Assembly: GCA_965227295.1 (NCBI GenBank)
Contig: OZ245742.1
Span: 5,824,001-5,888,000, forward strand
Source of the DNA: Leptonemataceae bacterium
Lineage (GTDB): Bacteria > Spirochaetota > Leptospiria > Leptospirales > Leptonemataceae
Direction of reading: 5' to 3'
DNA: 64,000 nt
This document shows positions 58,888-64,000 of this stretch, in pieces. Under the pieces are notes generated by a model. The model saw nothing but the letters and a program-made list of their open reading frames with translations, made no database searches and was not told the origin of the DNA. Made by a program: the position numbers and the translations under genes. The stretch's first letter is position 1. Each line of letters opens with the position of its first letter.

Positions 58888-59577
58888 ATGAAGACAAGTC
58901 TTGAGGGGGTAGCGGAGGACCGGGAGCGCGAGTCAGCGCTGCCCGGAGGGTGGCGCGGTCGCCGCAGGCGAGACTCGCGCGTTCGCGCAGCGACCCGGGC
59001 CGGAGCGAGGGGGAGCGTAGCTCCCCCCTTAAAATATGTTTTACTCTTCTTTCTTCTTCTCGGAACGGCGCATTGCCACTGGTTTGTGCCGCTCGAAATC
59101 GAAGCGGTGTCATTTTGTGATCTGTACGAAGAGAACGGTTGCGTGGAACCCTGGAACGGAACGCGGCGGACTTACTCGCCTGAGATCCCGGAGTACAAGC
59201 AGGATTCGTGGTACGATCTCGGCTATCACATGTACTTTCACACACGCGAGACGCCGGGCGTGCGTGTGAAATTCAATCGCGGCCTCAGTTCCGGCGAAAT
59301 CGCCGGTCTGGAAAAAAACCTGCACTGCGAGTACGAACTGGAACGCGATGGCAAGATCGTAAGCGGGCACCTGGAAGGCACGCGGGTGGACGCCGACGGC
59401 ATCTGGTGCTTCGATTACCTCGGCACCATGCTCGTGAACTGGCACAAAGAGAACGGCTCGGAACAACAGCGGCCGTCCGCGGACTTTTTTCCGGTGCAGT
59501 TACGCCTGTTTTTCGCCGCGGGGCAGCCGGCCATCGACGGTGAGATCGAAGGCGCGGTAGTCGTGAATTTCGAGTAG
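58888..59577 (+). CDS. hypothetical protein, probable lipoprotein; true start uncertain
   Basis: Signal/lipobox-like KYVLLFFLLLGTAHC begins near 59030; preceding ~47 codons look repeat-derived. Confidence 0.6.
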   Translation: MKTSLEGVAEDRERESALPGGWRGRRRRDSRVRAATRAGARGSVAPPLKYVLLFFLLLGTAHCHWFVPLEIEAVSFCDLYEENGCVEPWNGTRRTYSPEIPEYKQDSWYDLGYHMYFHTRETPGVRVKFNRGLSSGEIAGLEKNLHCEYELERDGKIVSGHLEGTRVDADGIWCFDYLGTMLVNWHKENGSEQQRPSADFFPVQLRLFFAAGQPAIDGEIEGAVVVNFE

Positions 59578-59668
59578 CCGGCCGCCGCGAAGCGCGATTC
59601 GACGCGGTGATTCTGAAAAAAAACAGTTTCATTCACGGCCGGAGCGTTTATCCTGGCGGCAAGCGCCG

Positions 59669-60292
59669 ATGTTGCCGGATAATCTACTCGAAGTTACTAT
59701 CTCCGACGTATCGATCACGAATGTGGGCTTTGCCATCTTCCTGAAGCCCTCCGATTCGACGTCCAGCAAAGTCGTACCCATCTTCATCGGGCCGCTCGAA
59801 ACCTACTCCATCTCCAGCGCCCTGGACGGTGTCACCCCGCCGCGGCCGAACACCCACGACCTCATCGTAAACATGTTACAGGAGATGGAGGCGCGCATCC
59901 TGCACATCATCATCAACGACATCATCGGCTCCATCTTCTACGCGCGCATCGTTATTCAAACGAACGAAGGCATCGTGGAACTGGACGCGCGGCCGTCGGA
60001 CTCGGTGGCGGTGGCCATTCGCACGCGCTGCCCCATGTACATGCACGAAAAGGTCTACAAAGAAGCCGCCGTGGTCATCGGGGAAGAGGGTTCCGCCCAG
60101 GCCGCTCCGGAAAACGAAAGCGAAGAGGAAGAGGTCGCCGAGGCCCCGCCGCAACAGGACCTGCTGCTTTCCGAACCCCGCTCCGAACTGGAAGAACTCA
60201 AACAAGAGTTAAACAAGGCCGTCGAGGCCGAGAACTTCGAACGCGCGGCCATGCTGCGGGATAAGATCAAGCAAATCCTTCAGGAAAACTGA
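59669..60292 (+). CDS. bifunctional nuclease (DUF151) with C-terminal UVR domain
   Basis: VPIFIG..E, RPNTHDL, LDARPSD, AVEAENFERAAMLRDKI. Confidence 0.93.
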   Translation: MLPDNLLEVTISDVSITNVGFAIFLKPSDSTSSKVVPIFIGPLETYSISSALDGVTPPRPNTHDLIVNMLQEMEARILHIIINDIIGSIFYARIVIQTNEGIVELDARPSDSVAVAIRTRCPMYMHEKVYKEAAVVIGEEGSAQAAPENESEEEEVAEAPPQQDLLLSEPRSELEELKQELNKAVEAENFERAAMLRDKIKQILQEN

Positions 60293-60302
60293 AGAGTTTT
60301 TA

Positions 60303-60432
60303 ACTCCGAGGACCGAGGTGCCGAGGAGAAGACGAGTTTGCTTTTCATCGGCGCATGAATGCAGGCGTAGCCGGAAAGCATTCTAACACGAAGACCCTTC
60401 CGAAAAAACCTCGCTACCTCGGTCCTCGGAGT
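60303..60432. repeat. REP/MITE-like ACTCCGAGGACCGAGG inverted-repeat element between convergent genes
   Basis: Perfect 16-bp arms at 60303-60318 and 60417-60432. Confidence 0.85.
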
Positions 60433-60443
60433 AACACTTCTTC

Positions 60444-61034
60444 TCAAGCATCTCCTTTCGCCCGCGACGTCCACTTGATGTCTTCCACACCCTCCACATG
60501 GTTGCAGTACCGCGCTGCAACGAAGAGATAATCCGACAATCGATTGATGTACTGTAACGCCGTCGCGCTGACGATGTCGGTGCCCGTGGCGTCTTTGTTG
60601 CCGTGTGCGTCCATGACCTCCACGCAGCGACGTTCCAGGCGCCGGCAGATGGTGCGGCAAACGTGCAGATGCGCCGAGGCGCCGGTGCCGCCGGGCAGGA
60701 TGAACGCCTTCATGGGTTCCAGTTCGTCGTTCATGCGATCCATGGCGGCCTCGAGCGCCGTGACGTCTTCGTCGCGAATGACCGGAACGCCGTCGGGTTT
60801 GTAGCCGGCAAGTTCGCTGCCGAGTTCGAACAGCAGGTTCTGCTGGGTTATGAGTTCTCCGCGCAACTGCGCGTAGGCCGAGCCGCCGGTGGCGGTGAGC
60901 GCCACGCCGATGTATGAGTTCAGTTCGTCGGCGATGCCGTAGAGGTCCACCCGGGGATGATGTTTCGCCACCCGGGAGTCGCCGACGAGGATGTGCGTTT
61001 TGCCGTCGTCGCCTTTCTTCGTGTAGATCTTCAT
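60444..61034 (-). CDS. pduO: PduO-type cob(I)alamin adenosyltransferase
   Basis: MKIYTKKGDDGKT, G.ADELNS.IG, FILPGG, RTICRR.ER, YINRLSDYLF. Confidence 0.94.
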   Translation of the reverse strand: MKIYTKKGDDGKTHILVGDSRVAKHHPRVDLYGIADELNSYIGVALTATGGSAYAQLRGELITQQNLLFELGSELAGYKPDGVPVIRDEDVTALEAAMDRMNDELEPMKAFILPGGTGASAHLHVCRTICRRLERRCVEVMDAHGNKDATGTDIVSATALQYINRLSDYLFVAARYCNHVEGVEDIKWTSRAKGDA

Positions 61035-61121
61035 GGCAGGAAAACTGCAGCGCCACCATTTGCCCGCATAGGATTTTTTAGATGACAACGTCCCCGGCGA
61101 TGCGGTAGGGTCGGGGCCTGC

Positions 61122-61604
61122 ATGGCCGAAGTAGAACGCATCAACCTGGCGGAATTCTACAAGCGCTTCGCCGTTAATGCCGCACGCAAGAAGCTGTACC
61201 GTAAGTTCGTGGCGGAGCTCGCCATGCTGCGCCGCCAGAGCGAAGAGATCCGCATCGTCGTCTTCGGCAGCTACGTTACCGATAAAGAAACGCCGGGCGA
61301 CATCGACGTGCTCGCTTCGATCATTGTGGACGACGACAACTTCCTGGACCTGGTGCAGAACGGCGTGCGCCAGCGCTTCCCCGACGCGGTGGACTTTCAC
61401 ATGCATCGCGCGAGTCGTTTCCTGAAAACCGGCGAGAAGCTCGTCGAGAACTTCAATGAGTTTTCGTTGAATCGCGAGAAGGGCATCCGCATCGAAACCG
61501 GCGGCGCCGTGGAAATCGTAGATGCCGGCCTTGTGAAGTTACGCAATCGCGACGGCGAACCGGTGCCGCCGGCTCCCCCGTCCGATATCGACGGCCCGGC
61601 CTGA
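61122..61604 (+). CDS. minimal nucleotidyltransferase-like protein (DUF6932-like)
   Basis: VVFGSYVTDKETPGDIDVL. Confidence 0.75.
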   Translation: MAEVERINLAEFYKRFAVNAARKKLYRKFVAELAMLRRQSEEIRIVVFGSYVTDKETPGDIDVLASIIVDDDNFLDLVQNGVRQRFPDAVDFHMHRASRFLKTGEKLVENFNEFSLNREKGIRIETGGAVEIVDAGLVKLRNRDGEPVPPAPPSDIDGPA

Positions 61605-61746
61605 GCCGTGTCCCGTCGCCTTCCATCGGCTGGAACGCCGTCCGACTCTTCGGCGACGATGACCGTGCGGCCCGGTACCGCATTGACACGCAGGTCGCCC
61701 CGCGTTATGAATGCAGTGAGGAACGCGCCGAATGTATGATCGATTC

Positions 61747-62472
61747 ATGATACCCTCCGTGTTTGCGTGCGTCGCGGCCGCCATGCTGGCCGTACTCGGA
61801 TCATCACCGGCGCTGGCCGGTCCCGGTGACGGCTATGAAGAACTGCGCACCTGTCAGAACCGCGAGTACATCCGCTCCGTCGCCTCGCACGAGTCGAAGC
61901 AAAACTCCGACGCCGCCGAGGTGAAACAACGTTACACGAACGTACCGGCGGCCAACGTGGTGTACTCGGTCAGCATGGAACGGCTGATCGTACTGGAGAT
62001 GGAAAACATCGAGCAGAGCCTGAAGACCATCGCCGAAAAGTACGCCGAACTTCAAGAAGTTACGGGACGCCGCCCTTCGCCGTACACCATGGTCCTGGAA
62101 AAATTTCCAGGGGTGTGGCGCGACGGCCAGTTCGTGCGCGCCGAGAAGGCCATGCATCTGCACTTCGACGAAGCCGGCCAGGTTACCTGCGTGGTCCTCG
62201 AAGCCATGAACGTTCCGGTGAATCTGCCCGCCCACTGGACGCGTAAGTACATCCGCCTGTATCTTCCCCACGTGCGCATCCTCGAAATGGAAACCTTCCG
62301 CAAGAACTACCGCCTCTACAATACCCTGAACGAGGCGTCCATCGCCCACCGCCTGGACGGACTCCGGGTGATGAACGAACACGTGCGCACAGTGGTCTAT
62401 CGCATGGACATGGAAATCGCTTCGTTTTACGATCGGCGTGAAAACCGGGCCGGCTGGCAGACCGACATCTAA
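61747..62472 (+). CDS. hypothetical exported protein
   Basis: Signal-peptide-like segment ending ALA. Confidence 0.7.
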   Translation: MIPSVFACVAAAMLAVLGSSPALAGPGDGYEELRTCQNREYIRSVASHESKQNSDAAEVKQRYTNVPAANVVYSVSMERLIVLEMENIEQSLKTIAEKYAELQEVTGRRPSPYTMVLEKFPGVWRDGQFVRAEKAMHLHFDEAGQVTCVVLEAMNVPVNLPAHWTRKYIRLYLPHVRILEMETFRKNYRLYNTLNEASIAHRLDGLRVMNEHVRTVVYRMDMEIASFYDRRENRAGWQTDI

Positions 62473-62580
62473 GCGGCAAACCGATCTTCGATTTTACGCG
62501 TGAATGAAACACGCGCCCATTCCGCGATTTCGAGTGGACAGCTTCCCGGTGGTCGGATGTGATCGTGCGCAGCATTCATC

Positions 62581-63180
62581 TTGCGGAGGATTCCTTTGAA
62601 ACGTTTCTGTGTTTTTCTTGTATGTGCAAGCCTGAGTATGTTCGCGGCCTGCGGCGACGGCGGTTCCGGCATCAGCATGTACGTAACGGCGAAGTCCGGC
62701 CTGTTGATTCGCGCGGACGCCAACACCAACGCCTCGAAGCTCGGCCTGGCACCCTACGGAGCGCGCGTCGAGGTCCTGGAACAATCGGACCAGACCATGA
62801 CCATCGGCGGTAAGACCGGTCACTGGACCCGCGTGAACTACGAGGGCACCGAGGGCTGGTCCTTCGGCGGATTTCTATCGGCTACGCCGCCGGAAGAAAA
62901 CAGCGGGCTCTCCGAAGCCGAGGCGCGGGCGTTCTTGATGAAGCCGGAGTACGGCTGGGTGCAACAGGGTGAGCAATTCTACATCGCGTTCTTTCCCGAC
63001 GGACGTCTGTCCATCCAGGGCGACGACGGGGAAGCCACGATGTGGGAAGGCACCTGGAAGCTCAACGGCAACAAAGTGACGATGATCTGCCAGGACATCA
63101 ACATGAACGAAACCCACGAAGTGAAGAAGGACGGCCACACGCTCATCCTCGGTAACAAAAAATACGACATGTCGTCGTAA
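62581..63180 (+). CDS. SH3b-domain lipoprotein
   Basis: Lipobox FAAC; YVTAKSGL.IR..W..V.Y...EGWSFGGFL; start may be TTG 62596. Confidence 0.82.
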   Translation: MRRIPLKRFCVFLVCASLSMFAACGDGGSGISMYVTAKSGLLIRADANTNASKLGLAPYGARVEVLEQSDQTMTIGGKTGHWTRVNYEGTEGWSFGGFLSATPPEENSGLSEAEARAFLMKPEYGWVQQGEQFYIAFFPDGRLSIQGDDGEATMWEGTWKLNGNKVTMICQDINMNETHEVKKDGHTLILGNKKYDMSS

Positions 63181-63296
63181 GTTGAAATTCGCGCGGGGCA
63201 GCACGCGGCTCCCGAATCCAGCGCGAATTTTTTCAACCTCTGTGTCGATTTGTGCTCCTGTGGTTTGCCTTCGCCGTAGACCAACCACAGGAGCAT
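63181..63296. repeat. two adjacent inverted repeats after the SH3 gene (terminator/REP-like)
   Basis: gttgaaattcgcgc/gcgcgaattttttcaac and tgctcctgtggtt/aaccacaggagca. Confidence 0.55.
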
Positions 63297-63526
63297 TTCA
63301 TGCGCATCTTACTCAAAAAGCTCGACGACAATCGCACGGAATTCGAATCAAAACGATAGTTTGACTAAACTATATTGTGTAATCAACGGCAAAATGTCAT
63401 TAGTGGTGCGCCGTTTAAAATAGACCCCAAATAAAAAGTGCTCGACAGCCTCCACTCCCCTCTCCTTGCTCAAACATTGCTAATTATTAGTGATCTACAC
63501 TTAGTAGTCACAATTAAGGAGAACGC

Positions 63527-64000
63527 ATGAGGCATTTCTTAGTCGCATTCCTCGCGGCGACGCTAACCATAGTGACAACGGCGTGCGCAGACGGTTCCGG
63601 CAACGCCGACGACGGCAGCGCCGTGCTGCTCGCTCTGGCGGCGGCGGACCGCACTCCTCCCGTGGACCTGAGTCCGCTGATGGACCCGAACGCTGCGCCG
63701 GTAGCCCCGCGCTCGACTCCGCCCGCCGTCTGGATTCACAGCCCGCCGAGCGGTTCGTCGTTTCTGAACCTGAACCCCATCTACATCATTTTCACGGAGA
63801 GCATGGACCCGGCAACGCTCTCCCTCGGCGGCACCATGGCGTCCCAGGCTTCGGCTTTGTGGTATCCGTATCAGTTTGCGGATCAGTACCTGATACTCCT
63901 GCCCACGAGCGGCTGGCCCGTCGGCCCCGGGCAAACCCTCACGATTGACGCGGACGACCTCAGCGGCGATCCCCTGCCTACCTTCTCGCTGACCTATACC
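63527..64000 (+). CDS. lipoprotein with Ig-like (Big_5-type) domain, 5' part only
   Basis: SD taaggag; MRHFLVAFLAATLTIVTTAC lipobox; I.IIFTESMDPATL..L.P...W....TLTI; open to window end. Confidence 0.75.
   Translation, partial: MRHFLVAFLAATLTIVTTACADGSGNADDGSAVLLALAAADRTPPVDLSPLMDPNAAPVAPRSTPPAVWIHSPPSGSSFLNLNPIYIIFTESMDPATLSLGGTMASQASALWYPYQFADQYLILLPTSGWPVGPGQTLTIDADDLSGDPLPTFSLTYT

Noticed and set aside
63300..63526. AT-rich stretch as ncRNA or island boundary
   Set aside because: No structure or repeat seen; most simply the promoter region of the downstream lipoprotein gene

Overview
GC-rich bacterial chromosomal segment with about 65 protein-coding genes. The gene content suggests a Leptospiraceae/Leptospirales-like spirochete, which is an inference and not a database result. 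Housekeeping genes (fumC, gltB, kdsD, neuB-like, CLC channel, phoU, rarA, tmk, rtcA, waaA, pduO) are interleaved with accessory loci. I found no tRNA, rRNA, CRISPR array or intact transposase. Most notable items: (1) a divergent candidate immune/conflict locus with SLATT(DUF4231) and NDT/TIR-like-DUF4071 genes on one side, and a triple TIR-fold protein, an nSTAND1 ATPase ending in a PAS domain instead of repeats, and DUF952 on the other; (2) an unannotated intergenic element at 35.76-36.38 kb with two identical 78-bp cores, each behind its own diverged promoter-like region, plus a third 19-bp copy, each copy abutting a hairpin of different sequence (candidate new small RNA family); (3) a predicted sigma54 -> ECF sigma -> metallophosphatase/Ser-Thr kinase/FHA/VWA-FHA cascade with both promoter motifs visible; (4) a LuxI/FeeM-like acyltransferase overlapping a convergent membrane histidine kinase; (5) a low-GC standalone SIR2-like gene; (6) two dispersed repeat families. 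All product calls come from motif recognition by eye, and start codons were refined manually.
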